Assembly: GCA_037447605.1 (NCBI GenBank)
Contig: CM074822.1
Coordinates: forward strand, 1,325,492-1,389,491
DNA: 64,000 nt
Direction of reading: 5' to 3'
Origin: Zygnema circumcarinatum SAG 698-1b
Lineage: Eukaryota; Plantae; Zygnematophyceae
Under the pieces are notes generated by a model. That model was not told where the DNA came from, ran no database searches, and was given only the letters and a program-made list of their open reading frames with translations. The position numbers and the translations under genes are program-made. Positions within the stretch are counted from its first letter, which is position 1; each line of letters begins with the position of its first letter. Positions 50,762-63,041 of the stretch are shown piece by piece.

Positions 50762-53700
50762 TTTCCGAATGCTGTCTTGATGAATGAATGGCATGTCATT
50801 ATCTTGAATGCCATGGGGAGTGATGCCTTAGTGCACTGTGCATTCGATGCCTTGCGATTGCTGCGGTCGAAAGACCATGTACTCAGTCTGCGAGTACTGC
50901 TCCCACAACACGTGGCAGTGAAGGCTTATCCACAGACTGAGTGGAAAGTGGTAAAGCTTTGGAAGAAGGGCTTCTCCCTTCTTAGGTGGGTGATTGGAGC
51001 TCCCACCAGTGCGCTGGTGAAGTCCCCTCATTCCCTTGTGTGGAGGACTGCGCGTCCTCACGCACCAAATGTGCTACGGTCCATTTTCCACGTGGCCCAT
51101 CGTGCAATGACCTTCCAAGGTTCAGCCGACGGGCACTCAGCAGTCATTCTGCTGGACACTGGTGCGGACGCTAATTTTGTTAGCGCAGCCTTTGTCAGGA
51201 CTGTAGGGTTTGCAGTCCAGCCTCATTCCGATAGTGTAACTTTCGGGGATGGACGCACTGGCCAGATTTCTGGTAGCGTCAGCGTGAAATTGAAGATTCA
51301 GTCTTACTCCGGGGTGGTCAACTGCTTGTTGACGTTATTAGCCCCAGGAACAGACTTGATCTTGGGGAGCAAATGGCTGACGCTTATGGGCGCTCAGTTA
51401 GATTTTGTTGTCCCTAATTGCGTCCTCCGCAGTGAAGGAAGACGCATGACTCTGCAACCAGGCACTCCTTCGGGACCAGCCTCGTCGCGGTCATCTTTGT
51501 CGTTTTTGTGCTCTGCNNNNNNNNNNTTCACCTCGCTCGACCTTGCGCAGGGGTACCATCAGATCCGTGTCACGGATGCTGATGTTCCTAAGACGGCATT
51601 TCGGACGCCAATTGGTCACTTCCAGTACAAGGTGCTACCTTTTGGACTGACCAACGCTCCGGCTACATTCCAAGCTGTGATGAACGAAATGTTCGTCGGC
51701 ATGGATGAGTTTGTCCTTGTCTACCTGGATGATATCCTGGTATTCAGCAAGACGGACGCTGAACATCTTGTGCATGTACGCAAAGTGTTCGAGGTGTTGC
51801 GAAAACACACGTTTTATGCCAAGCGAAAGAAGTGTAACTTCATGCAACGAGAGTTGTTGTATCTTGGGCATATCTTGAACGATCAGGGACTGAAACCTGA
51901 TCCAGCCAAGGTGTCTGCTGTAAAGACATGGGCTGTACCGGCTGATCTTCATCAGTTGCGGTCTTTTCTTGGATTTGCGAATTATTTTCGTAAGTTTATC
52001 CAAGGCTTTAGTAAGTTGGTAACACCTCTTACGATTTGGTGACACGTTCAGGTGTATGCATGGACACCCGAGTGCCCGAGCGGCATTTGATGGTGTGGGG
52101 TATCGCGGCTTGTGGCGGCACCTACGTTGAGGTTGGGCGATCGCGGTTGCCATATGAAGTGGTATGTGGCAGCAGGGGTTAAGCACGGGTACCGGTCTTG
52201 TTCCAGGCGACAGCCTCTTCTTCACGAAATTCATAAGATGAGCCAGTTTGGCGAAACTACTCGCCCTGAGCAAGAGCTCTTGGCGGATTGTTGTTATTCG
52301 CGCCACGAGGGCGTAGGCGTTCTTTATTTGGAGAGGCGGTGGCGGTCACGTTGGTCGCAGGCCGCAGATCGCTGACGTTCTCTCGGCTGTGACTAACTTC
52401 GGCGGCGACCGCGCTGGTCTGTGGGATTCCTCCAGCGGTTCATTGCGGGGAAGTGGGTATACAGGGCACGGGAGGCCTTCATCTGCTTGGACCCAGCGGC
52501 GACGAACCCACGTTAAATCTAGCACGGATGATCGCATTTCGTCATTTCGGTGTTGGTGATGCGAGATGGTAGAGAGCCGAAGGCGGCCAACCCAGCGTTT
52601 TCCCCTCTCCGGTATGTTTTTGTCATAAACCCCTCCACGGTGTAGCGGTCAACCCTCCTGCTCTCGATTTCAGAACGGATGATCCGAGGAGGGGTACAGC
52701 TGATGATCCTTTGTTCTGGACGGCCAAGGCAATGGCTATAAGGAACAAGCTCGTGCTTAGGGACGGTTTTTGGTACCCGCGATAGCGATTGAAAATTAGG
52801 TACGAAATTTGGATGCATGCGGCGCTACATCGCGAGTGAGATGTGATCCTCGTCTGAGAGGCCATATGGGAGTTACTTAAAACGTGGCTTCTTTGCTCCG
52901 AGAATTTTGGTGGCCGAATTCACGGCGGGCGTGGAGGCATATATGTCTTCGCGTGCCTACTTGTCCAGCGGGACCAAGCACCAGCGGCAGAGCGCAGGTG
53001 CACGGCTTTACTCGACCCCTCGCCCCTCGCCTTCACGAGGAGGTGTTGGGAAGTGTGGGTATGGATTTGATGCGAATTTTTGTGACAGCTCGGGTTTTGA
53101 CTCACGTCCCGCCGTGTTTGTCGGCCTTTGGTGAAATGGTTGCATTTGCAGCCCGCTGCTTTAAGGCGGCGGAGTCTTGAAGCGAGATATACCGCGGCTA
53201 TATGTTGGCAAGGTGGAGTCGGCATGGACTTCAATGCGAGATCATCTCCGGTCGTGATACCGATGCGACCCATTCTTTGGAAAGAAATCCTCGGATTATC
53301 GGGACTAAGCAGGCTATGAGTAGAGCCTTCCACCCTCAGACAGATGGCCAAACTGAGCGGGTGAACCGGATTCTGGAAGACTATTTGAGGCATTATGTGG
53401 GACCCATCCCGGATGGATGGGATGAGCTGCTCGGGTAATTTGAGTATGCCGTGCCAATGCATTCAAGAATCAATGCGGTACCACTCCTTCTTCTTGAACT
53501 TTGGTCAGCATCCTCTAAATCCCCTGCAGCCAAGAGATCAGCAGCCAGATGTGTGGAACATGGATGTTCACAGGCTCCNNNNNNNNNNTACTGTACGGAC
53601 GGGCTGACAGGTCTGACTCTGTCAGACTTAGCCGTGCGCCGCTGCACGACGGCGCGCCGCGACACGACGCGCCCCGTGAGATGCGGCGAGACCACGGGCT

Positions 53701-53943
53701 TGTCCTCAGCCGATAACTCGGCTAAGGATCACCGCCACGCGGCGGGCTCTGATTGGGCAGTCCCGCTCCCGGTCCTCCATGCTGGTAGGGGGTTCGAAGG
53801 GGGGAGCTTAAGGGGGCTGCGCCCGGATGGGAGACCATCCGAGCTCTTTGTACCAGCATTGAGCTCACGCTCCTCCCTCTCTCTCTCTTCCTTTCTTGAC
53901 ACTTAGACTCTCAGAGCAGCCTGCCAGGGGGCAGGTTGTTACA
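50762..53943 (+). mobile_element. Ty3/gypsy element nested in the RT region of copia element 2
   Basis: Protease LLDTGADANF; RT DLAQGYHQI...KTAFRT...PFGLTNAPATFQ...VYLDDILVFS; degraded RNase H and integrase downstream. An LTR-like end ...GTTGTTACA at 53943 abuts the copia RT exactly where its homology to element 1 stops (YLLGI). Three 10-N gaps lie inside or adjacent. Confidence 0.8.
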
Positions 53944-56900
53944 ATTCCCAAGAGATACTGGGCCTCTCCTAAATCTGTCATCTGAAAGTTCTCCTTCATC
54001 AAATCCTTCAGACTCTGAATGCTTTGCATAGAGGAACTTACAATGATCAGATCGTCCACGTAAATGCCCACGTATAGCAGCTCTTTCCAGATACCTTTAC
54101 TGTAGACAGAGTGGTCTGACTCAAAACGCTTGTATCCACTCCTCCGTAAAAGATCGTCTATTTTCTGGTACCAAATCCGGGGCGCTTGCTTGAGGCCGTA
54201 AAGACTCTTTACCAGCCTGCATACAAGATGTTCTTGTCCTTCCACCACTGTGCCTTCCGGCTGCTCCATATAAATTTCCTCACTTAGATCTCCATAAAGG
54301 AATGCAGTCTTTATATCAAGTTGATGGACATGCATTCTCTTTGCTGCTGCAATCGAAATGAGTGAACGAAGGGAATTGAACTTCACTACTGGTGCAAAAG
54401 TCTCCGAGTAATCAATGCCCTCTTTCTGGCTATACCCCTTTGCAACCAGCCTGGCCTTGTAGCGATCTACGCTCTCATCTGCCTTCCGCTTCACTTTAAA
54501 CACCCATTTGCAGCTTATAGCCTTCCTACCCTTAGGAAACTCCTCCAATCTCCAGGTTCCATTTTCTTTCAGCTATTATTCAGCTCACTATCTCTCAGCG
54601 CACTATTCAGCTCACTATCTATTGCTGCCCTCCACTTTTCAGCATCCTCACCCTGCAAAGCTTCCGCATAACTTTGAGGTTCTGAAATATGAGCCATCAT
54701 GCATGCAGCAATGCCTGCAAAGTCAGCTGAATCACTGGGTGTTCTGACCTTCTTCGTCCTTCTCGCCTTCCAATATGGTGGTTGGTAGTAATCTGCCAAC
54801 CAACCAGGTTGCCTCCTTGGACGATCACTCCTCCTTTCATAGTTTGGAGTGAATCCTGGCTGCTCTCTCTGCTCTTCTGCTGGCTGCACCTGCAAGTCCG
54901 GTGATGGCTCCTCTTCCTCGTGTGCATCCCTCTCAAGTGGCCCCTCCTCGGGTACAAAATCCAGCGGATTAGTGACATGCTCCATCTGTGGGCTATGCTG
55001 AATATCTGGCCGTGATAATGCTGCTTCCTCAGCCCTTCCTGAATCTTCTGGAACCCATGGAAACACAAGCCTTCTTGTGTTCACGTCCTCTCCATCCAGC
55101 CTCTCTAAATGCTTGTGGAATTCTTGCACAACTATGTCACGACTTCTTTCCACCTTCTTGGTGACTGGATTCCAAATCCGGTAAGTCTGACTATCTTCAT
55201 TGTAGCCAAGGAAATATCCCTCCACAGCTCGAGGACTGAAATTTTGCTTTTGCTTGTGCTTTGGAACGTGAATAAAGCACTTTGAGCCCCAAACTCGAAA
55301 ATGCTCAACAGTCGGCTTCTTGCCTGTCCACACTTCCTCCGGAACTTTATCCTTCAAGACAGATGTAGGGCACTTGTTCCAAATATATGCTGCCGCCGTG
55401 ATCGCCTCAGCCCAAAACGATAGCGGAAATGGCGACTCATTCAACATAGTCCTTGCCATATCTCCCAGCGTCCTATTCATCCTCTCAGCTGCTCCATTAC
55501 TTTGAGGAGAGAAAGGGGCAGTGAACTCATGTTTCACTCCGAGGGACTTCAGGTAATCTCTAAACTGGTGAGAAGTGTACTCTCCACCATTGTCTGACCT
55601 TAGAGTTTTTAGCTTCATCCCTGTCTCCCTCTCGGCCTGCAGCTGCCACTCCTTGAAGGCCTGAAAAACTTCCGATTTCTTGGTGAGCATTTTCACCCAC
55701 ACTTTCCTTGAGCAATCATCAAGAAAGGTGATGAAATAGTTAGCTCCACCTTTGCTTGTAGGGGTAACAGGGCCGCACAAGTCCGTGTGCACCAGCTCCA
55801 ATCTCTCCCGAGAGATTTGTGCCACCGCTCCTTGACCAAACGGCCACCTATGAGCTTTTCCTGCGACACAATCTTCACAAGTCCCGTGTCCTTCTCCCCT
55901 AACACCTTCCACATCCAATCCTCTGACTAACTTCTCATTTGCAAGGCGCTTCAAACCTCTGAATCCAAGGTGTCCAAGTCTGCGATGCCACAGTTTCACC
56001 TTGGGGTCCTCTTCAACTGAATTGACCACCTCCACCGGCTTCCCACCCCAATTCAGATAATAAAGGTCATACTTTTGCATGCCTCGACATAGGGTCCTCC
56101 CGGTATTCTCGTCAACTACTGCGCACGCCACTCTATCAAACCACACCTTGCAGCCTTCCTCGCAGATTTGACTCACAGAAAGAAAGTTATTATGTAGTCT
56201 TGGGGTGTGCAGCACATTCCCTATGGTCAGCACTGCCCCTACACCCCCATTGAGTACCTCCAGCTCGACCAATCCTCCTTGCGTCACCTCAACTCCATCT
56301 CCTGTGGGAGAATAAACAGAACGTGCATGCTGCAGCGCCTTCTTCTCCACGAAAAGTGACTCATCCACGCACATGTGCTTGGATGCTCCCGAATCAATCA
56401 GCCAAGGCCTCAGTCCAGAATCCCGCACTTGGATTCCATTCGCAAACTCTGAATACTCGCCTTCAGCAGTCATTAGAGTCTTCTCTGAATTTTCGTCAGG
56501 ACAGTTTGCCTTGAAGTGGCCAAACTTCCCGCACTTGTGACACGCTCCTTTGACCTTCTCCTTTGAAGCTAGCTTAGAAGGGGCCTCCTCCACTCGCATC
56601 ATCCTTCTTCAGCTCCGGGCAGTTGGTCTTCACGTGTCCTGGCTTTCCGCAATTGTAGCAACTCAGTCCCGAGCTGCGCTTGTCCGCCTTGGGTCTCCCC
56701 CCTCCTTTGTGCTTTTGCTGCGACAACCTTAGCGCCAGCACCTTGTCACTCGAAACCTTAGCCTTTGCCTGCCTTTCATCCTCCTCCCTCACTCTGCCCT
56801 TCACCTCGTTTATGGTTAGATTGGCAGTAGTGAGAAGTGTCTTAATGGAAATGACAGCAAACTCAAATCTTTTGGGCAGACCCTCTAAGAAGACGCTGAT

Positions 56901-57419
56901 CTTATGATCTGAGTAAAACGGCTTACTTGCAAGGGCAAACCTCTGCATCAAGCTATCGAACCTCTGAATATAATCTGCCAGCTCTTCATCTTCGAACATT
57001 CTCAAATTACCTAGTTCTGAGTACAAGTGGACAACCGTGGTATGAGATTTGACGTCATACACATCCTCTAGACTCTTCCACATATCAGCACTAGTCTCTA
57101 ACTCTTGCAGTGCAAGCGACTGCTCATCCTTCACAGTTAAGGCGATAAGTGCTTGAGCTTTCCTGTCTTTTCGAAGCCACTCCTTGATTTCTTCAGCACC
57201 GGTGGTTGGTCTCTCCTCCGTGCCATCAACAATTCCAAGGAGATCCCGGCTCAATAGCACTTTCTTCATCCGCCATCTCCACGTCTTGTAGTTATGGCCA
57301 TCAAACCATGGCACTCCAATCTTCCGATCATCATCACCTTCTGCTCGGTCTCTAGCTCTGATACCACTTGTAGATGTGGAGCCTCCGATCCTAGTAGAGG
57401 ATCCCTCCGAGGATGACAT
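53944..57419 (-). pseudogene. Disrupted gag-pol of copia element 2
   Basis: gag 56574..57419; 1-nt frameshift at about 56580; zinc knuckle/protease/integrase ORF 54569..56602; a tandem-duplication frameshift at about 54570-54620; RT fragment ending at the gypsy insertion. Confidence 0.9.
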
Positions 57420-58595
57420 CCCACTACGCCTTGGACTAGGAGACGCCAGCCTTGCGGAATCACAGAATCACACTCACAAAGCAAAGACTGCCCCAAGCAG
57501 AGAATGAATGAACAGATCGAAGATTCAGAAGATAAGAGAAAGCACAAATGCTGAAAACTCTTAACTTCAAAACGGAGTACAAGAACACACCAAGAGCCCC
57601 TCTTGAGCTTCTCTACTCCACTACAAGAGTGTCCCCCTTATGCTGTAAAGCTTCACCACAGACTGGCAAGCCTCTACTCTGCACCTAGCAGCCTGCACTA
57701 AGGGTTACAGCTCGCTCATTTGCCCCGCCATTTATCAGTCACAGTGTGACGTGACTTCCAGAACACTCTGTTGAAACGGTGCCCCCTGACCTGCTGGAGG
57801 ATGCCTCTGATGAGGACATCTCTCCACGCCTAGGACTAGGAGACGCCACCTTTGCGGAAGCACAAGATCTCACTCACAAAGCTTAAAACAGCCCCAAGCA
57901 AAGAATGAAAGACAGAACAGAAAGAAATGAATTAAGAGAAAGCACAACGGCCTAAAACTCTTAAATTCAGATTGAAGTACAAGCGTGCAGCAAGAGCCCC
58001 TCCCCTGCACCTCTACTCCACTACAAGACTACCACCCTCAAGCTGTGAGGCTCCACCACATTCCGGCAAGCTACACCTACTGCTTCTCGCAGTCTACACT
58101 CAGGGTTCAGTCTCAAAGTTCTCCCTCTTAACTTATACTTCGCCCAAAGCAACAACCATGGGCGACTACTAACCCCGCACTAGCACACACTAAGAGCGCA
58201 CTAGCACACACTCAGCGCTGATTTCGCCACGCGTCTGCGCCTGCACGTCTGTCACGTCACGCGCCTTCGTTTCGCGCCTGTCACGTCACACGCCTTTAGT
58301 TGCGCGCCGCGCCACGTCACGCGCCCTTAGTTGCGCGCCGCGCCACGTCACGTCACTGCGCGCCATTTCGAACTCCGTGCCACACAGCCGGTCGTTCACA
58401 TTCGGTACGGACTCTTGTTCCGACGGCCTCCCGTGACTCGCGCCTCAGGTGTCTCATGTACACCTCTGAACTCCTAGCTTGATGATAGCTCGACCCTAGC
58501 TCTACCGCCTAGCCCTTCTAGACTCCAAACAAACACATGCACTCACTAACTATGTACCACTAACTAATGTACACTAACACTCCCCCTCTTGGTAC

Positions 58596-61500
58596 TTAGT
58601 TCCTTTGAGGCCCCAATCCTAAGAGCATGCTGTTTTTCCACAACGTCTCTCCATTGACCCCTTTTGTGAGCATGTCTGCTGCCTGGTCTTTCGTGCCAAC
58701 ATAAGCTACAGCGATTCTTCCTTCAACCACAAGCTCACGCACAAAATGATACTGAATTCTTATGTGCTTTGACCTCTTGTGAAAAACTGGATTTTGCATC
58801 AAAGTCATTGAGGACTGGTTATCTGTAAACAGCTGCAAGGGAGTTTGAGGCCTCTCACACTCTTCAAAGAACTGCTGCAACCAAGCTGCTTCCTTGGCCG
58901 CATGGCACGCTGCCATGTACTCAGCTTCAGTACTTGAGAGCGCCACTGAATCCTGGAGCTTGGAGCTCCAAGTCACCACTCCCCCACTATTCATGAATGC
59001 ATAGCCAGAGGTAGATCTCGCTGTATCTACGTCGCCTCCCCAATCTGCATCCGTATAACCATACACCTCACTTCCATTCCCGGCTTCAAACTTGATCCCA
59101 TAGTCAAGAGTCCCCCTTAGGAACTTGAAGATCCTCTTGACGGCCTCCCAATGCCTCTCCCCTGGAAATTCCATGTACCTGCTCGCTGTGCTAACTGCCT
59201 TAGCCAAGTCTGGCCTTGTGCCTATCATCAAGTACATTAAGCTTCCGATGGCTGACCTGTATGGAACCGCCTCCATCCTCTTCACTTCTTCACGTGACTG
59301 GGGTGACATTGCCGCTGAAAGCCTCTGGGAAGGATCCATGGGACTTGTGCATGGAGTGCACTTGTCCATTCTGAATTTAGCCAAGACATCCTTTGCATAC
59401 TTCTCTTGACTAAGGAACAAACTGCCATCTGGCCCCCTCTTGAGCTGAATTCCTAATAAGTATTGAGCCTCCCCTAAGTCTGACATCTGAAAGTTCTTCT
59501 TCATCAAGTCCTTCAAACTCTGAATGCTTTCCATGGAAGAACTAATAATGATCAGATCATCAACGTAAATGCCCACATACAAAAGCTCTCTCCCGGTACC
59601 TTTGCTGTAGATTGAGTGGTCCGATTGGAAGCGCTTGTATCCACTCCTCCGCAAAAGATCATCGATCTTTTGGTACCAGATCCGGGGTGCCTGCTTGAGC
59701 CCGTAAAGGCTCTTCACCAGCTTGCATACAAGGTGCTCCTTGCCTGCTACTACCGTGCCCTCCGGTTGCTCCATATAGATCTCTTCACTAAGATCCCCAT
59801 AAAGAAATGCAGTCTTAATATCAAGTTGATGGACATGCATCTTCTCAGCTGCTGCAATGGAAATGAGTGAGCGAAGAGAGTTGAACTTTACCACTGGTGC
59901 AAAGGTTTCCGAGTAATCTATCCCCTCCTTTTGGCTATACCCCTTTGCCACCAGCCTAGCCTTGAAGCGATCCACGCTCCCATCCGCCTTGTGCTTCACC
60001 TTGAACACCCATTTGCAGCCTATAGCTTTCCTACCTTTAGGAAGCTCCTCTAATCTCCACGTTCCATTTTCCTCCAGGCTGCTTAGCTCACTATCAATGG
60101 CCACCCTCCACTTTTCAGAATCCTCACCTTGCAAAGCTTCTCCATAGCTTTGAGGTTCTGAAATGTGCGCCATCATGCAGGTTGCTATTCCTGCAAAATC
60201 AGCCGAGTCACTAAGTGTCCTAATCTTCTTCTTTCTCGTCATCTTCCAAGAGGGTTGTTGGTGGAAGTCGGCCAACCAGCCAGGTTGCTTGGTAGGTCGA
60301 GCACTCCTCCTCAACGGCCCTGTATAAGAAGGTTTCTCAGTCTCTCTTGACTCGTCTGCTGGCTGCACCTGCAAGTCTTCCTCCTCGGGTGCATCCCATT
60401 CGACTGGGCCTTCCTCGGGTAGAGGCCCTAGTGGGCTAGCGACCTGCTCCATTTGTGGGGTACTCTGAACATCCGGTTCTACCACCTCCTCAGCCCTTCC
60501 TGAATCATCTGAGAACCATGGAAACACTAAACTGCTCGTGTTCACGTCCTTCTCCACGTCTAACTTTTCGGTATGCTTGTGGAATTCCTGCATTGTCAAG
60601 TCACGACTTCTCTCTACCTGCTTGGTGACCGGATTCCAAATACGGTAAGTCGGACTATCTTCATTATAGCCAAGAAAATAGCCTTCCACTGCACGAGGAC
60701 TGAACTTCTGATTCTGCTTCTGCTTTGGGACGGCAATGAAACACTTTGAGCCCCACACTCTAAGATGCTGCACGTTTGGCTTAGTGCCCGTCCACACTTC
60801 CTCTGGAACTCTATCCTTCAAAGCAGATGTGGGGCACCTATTTCGAATATAGGATGCCGTCATGATCGCCTCTGACCAAAAAGTTAACGGGAATGGCGAC
60901 TCACTCAACATCGTTCTCGCCATGTCTCCCAGCGTCCTGTTCATCCTCTCGGCAGCTCCGTTGCTCTGAGGAGAATAGGGTGCAGTGAACTCGTGCTTCA
61001 CTCCCAGGGACTTCAGGTAGTCTCTGAACTGATGAGAGGTGTACTCCCCACCATTGTCAGACCTAAGAGTCTTCAACTTCAATCCTGTCTCTCTCTCAGC
61101 CCGAAGCTGCCACTCTTTAAAAGCATCAAAGGCTTCCGATTTCTTAGTGAGTAATTTCACCCATACTTTCCTTGAGCAGTCATCAAGAAAAGTGATGAAA
61201 TATCTTGCCCCACCTTTACTCGTAGGGGACACGGGGCCACACAAGTCCGTGTGCACCAGCTCCAGTCTCTCACGAGAAATTTGTGCCTCCGCTCCTTGTC
61301 CAAACGGTCGCCTATGAGCTTTTCCTGCGACACAATTCTCGCAAACTCCGTGTCCTTCTCCCTTAACGTCCTCCAAGTCTAGTCCTCTGACTAACTGCTC
61401 ATCTGCAAGGCGCTTCAGCCCTCTATATCCAAGGTGTCCTAGTCTGCGGTGCCAAAGCTGAACTTTGGGATCCTCTGCAACTGCATTGACCACCTCAACC

Positions 61501-62897
61501 GGCTTCCCTCCCCAATTTAGAAAGTAAAGGCCATTCTTTTGCATGCCTCTACAAAGGGTCCTTCCGGTATTCTCGTCAACTACTGCGCACGCCACTTTGT
61601 CAAACCACACCTTACAGCCTTCCTCGCAGATCTGACTCACAGAAAGGAAATTATTCTGTAGTCCTGGGGTGTGCAGCACATTCCCTACGGTCAAAACTGC
61701 CCCTACACCCCCATTGAGTACCTCCAACTCGACCGATCCTCCTTGAGTCACCTGAACTCCATCTCCAGTGGCAGAGTAGACAGACCGCGCATGCTGCAAC
61801 GCCTTCTTCTCCACAAAGAGTGACTCATCCACGCACATATGCTTGGATGCTCCTGAATCAATCAGCCAAGGTCTCAAGCCTGAATCCTTCACGTGGATTC
61901 CATTGACAAATTCTGAATACTCGCCTTCAACAATCATCAGATTCTTGTCAGAATTGCCGTCAGGACAGTTTGCCTTGAAGTGGCCAAACTTCCCACATTT
62001 GTAACAAGCTCCTTTGACCTTCTCCTTTGCAGCCGGCCTAGAAGGCCCCGCTCCACTGGCATCGTCCTTATTCGGCTCCGTGCAATTGGTCCTCAGGTGT
62101 CCCAGCTTCCCACAATTGTAACAACTCAAGTTCTTCTTTGGGCCCGGGCCACCCTTGCCCGCCTTGGGTCTCCCATCTCCTTTGGGCTTATGCTGACTCC
62201 ATCTGAGCGCCAGCACCTTGTCAGCTTCTCCCTTAGCCTCCTTCTCCTTCTGAGTCTCATCATCATCTTTCACCCTTCCCTTCAACTCGCTCACGGTTAG
62301 TTTTGTAACGGTGAGTAATGATTTAAGGGAAACGACTGTTAGCTCAAATCTCTTCGGTAGACCCAACAGAAAGACACTGATCTGATGATCTTCGTCCAAT
62401 GGCTTCCTAGCAATAGCAAACCTGTGCATCAAGCTATCGAACTTCTCCATATAATCAGTCAGTTCTTCATCTTCGGCCATTTTCAGCTTGCCTAGTTCTG
62501 AATATAAGTGGACAGCAGTTGTCTCAGACGGCCTATCATACACCTGCTGCAAACTTGTCCATATTTCAGCACTAGTTTCTAGTTCTTGCAACGGAACTGA
62601 CCGTGCATCACTCACGGTTATGGCAAAGAGGGCCTGAGCTTTCCTGTCCTTTCGGAGCCACTCCTTGGCTTCTGCACCGGAGGTTGGTCTCTCCTCCGAG
62701 CCATCAACGACTCCAAAAAGGTCCTTGCTCAGCAGCACTTTCTTCATTCGCCACTTCCACGTCTTGTAGTTAGTGCCGGTAAACAACGGCACTCCAATCT
62801 TCTGACTGTCTTCACCTTCTGCCCGGTCCAGCGCTCTGATACCACTTGTTGAAACGGTGCCCCCTGACCTGCTGGAGGATGCCTCTGATGAGGACAT
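58596..62897 (-). CDS. Copia gag-pol polyprotein, 1433 aa (Gag, two zinc knuckles, PR, IN, RT, RNase H)
   Basis: CYNCGKLGHLRTNC and CYKCGKFGHFKANC; WLIDSGASKHM; HRRLGH...CENC; VHTDLCGP, DNGGEY, AERMNR; KARLVAKG, QLDIKTAFLYG, YVDDLII; YTDADWGGD, STEAEY, RSKHIRIQYHFVRE. Copia domain order (IN before RT). The first ATG lies 51 nt inside the 5' LTR. Confidence 0.96.
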   Translation of the reverse strand: MSSSEASSSRSGGTVSTSGIRALDRAEGEDSQKIGVPLFTGTNYKTWKWRMKKVLLSKDLFGVVDGSEERPTSGAEAKEWLRKDRKAQALFAITVSDARSVPLQELETSAEIWTSLQQVYDRPSETTAVHLYSELGKLKMAEDEELTDYMEKFDSLMHRFAIARKPLDEDHQISVFLLGLPKRFELTVVSLKSLLTVTKLTVSELKGRVKDDDETQKEKEAKGEADKVLALRWSQHKPKGDGRPKAGKGGPGPKKNLSCYNCGKLGHLRTNCTEPNKDDASGAGPSRPAAKEKVKGACYKCGKFGHFKANCPDGNSDKNLMIVEGEYSEFVNGIHVKDSGLRPWLIDSGASKHMCVDESLFVEKKALQHARSVYSATGDGVQVTQGGSVELEVLNGGVGAVLTVGNVLHTPGLQNNFLSVSQICEEGCKVWFDKVACAVVDENTGRTLCRGMQKNGLYFLNWGGKPVEVVNAVAEDPKVQLWHRRLGHLGYRGLKRLADEQLVRGLDLEDVKGEGHGVCENCVAGKAHRRPFGQGAEAQISRERLELVHTDLCGPVSPTSKGGARYFITFLDDCSRKVWVKLLTKKSEAFDAFKEWQLRAERETGLKLKTLRSDNGGEYTSHQFRDYLKSLGVKHEFTAPYSPQSNGAAERMNRTLGDMARTMLSESPFPLTFWSEAIMTASYIRNRCPTSALKDRVPEEVWTGTKPNVQHLRVWGSKCFIAVPKQKQNQKFSPRAVEGYFLGYNEDSPTYRIWNPVTKQVERSRDLTMQEFHKHTEKLDVEKDVNTSSLVFPWFSDDSGRAEEVVEPDVQSTPQMEQVASPLGPLPEEGPVEWDAPEEEDLQVQPADESRETEKPSYTGPLRRSARPTKQPGWLADFHQQPSWKMTRKKKIRTLSDSADFAGIATCMMAHISEPQSYGEALQGEDSEKWRVAIDSELSSLEENGTWRLEELPKGRKAIGCKWVFKVKHKADGSVDRFKARLVAKGYSQKEGIDYSETFAPVVKFNSLRSLISIAAAEKMHVHQLDIKTAFLYGDLSEEIYMEQPEGTVVAGKEHLVCKLVKSLYGLKQAPRIWYQKIDDLLRRSGYKRFQSDHSIYSKGTGRELLYVGIYVDDLIIISSSMESIQSLKDLMKKNFQMSDLGEAQYLLGIQLKRGPDGSLFLSQEKYAKDVLAKFRMDKCTPCTSPMDPSQRLSAAMSPQSREEVKRMEAVPYRSAIGSLMYLMIGTRPDLAKAVSTASRYMEFPGERHWEAVKRIFKFLRGTLDYGIKFEAGNGSEVYGYTDADWGGDVDTARSTSGYAFMNSGGVVTWSSKLQDSVALSSTEAEYMAACHAAKEAAWLQQFFEECERPQTPLQLFTDNQSSMTLMQNPVFHKRSKHIRIQYHFVRELVVEGRIAVAYVGTKDQAADMLTKGVNGETLWKNSMLLGLGPQRN
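62833..62844 (-). promoter_or_regulatory. Primer-binding site complementary to the 3' end of initiator tRNA-Met
   Basis: TGGTATCAGAGC, 2 nt after the 5' LTR end. The same motif occurs at 57355-57366 in element 2. Confidence 0.92.
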
Positions 62898-63010
62898 CTC
62901 TCCACGCCTAGGACTAGGAGACGCCACCTTTGCGGAAGCACAAGATCTCACTCACAAAGCTTAAAACAGCCCCAAGCAAAGAATGAAAGACAGAACAGAA
63001 AGAAATGAAT

Positions 63011-63041
63011 TAAGAGAAAGCACAACGGCCTAAAACTCTTA
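63011..63041 (-). promoter_or_regulatory. Conserved LTR hairpin (one of nine copies)
   Basis: TAAGAG-TTTT-AGGCCGTTGTGC-TTT-CTCTTA. See the finding for the other copies and the covariation. Confidence 0.6.
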
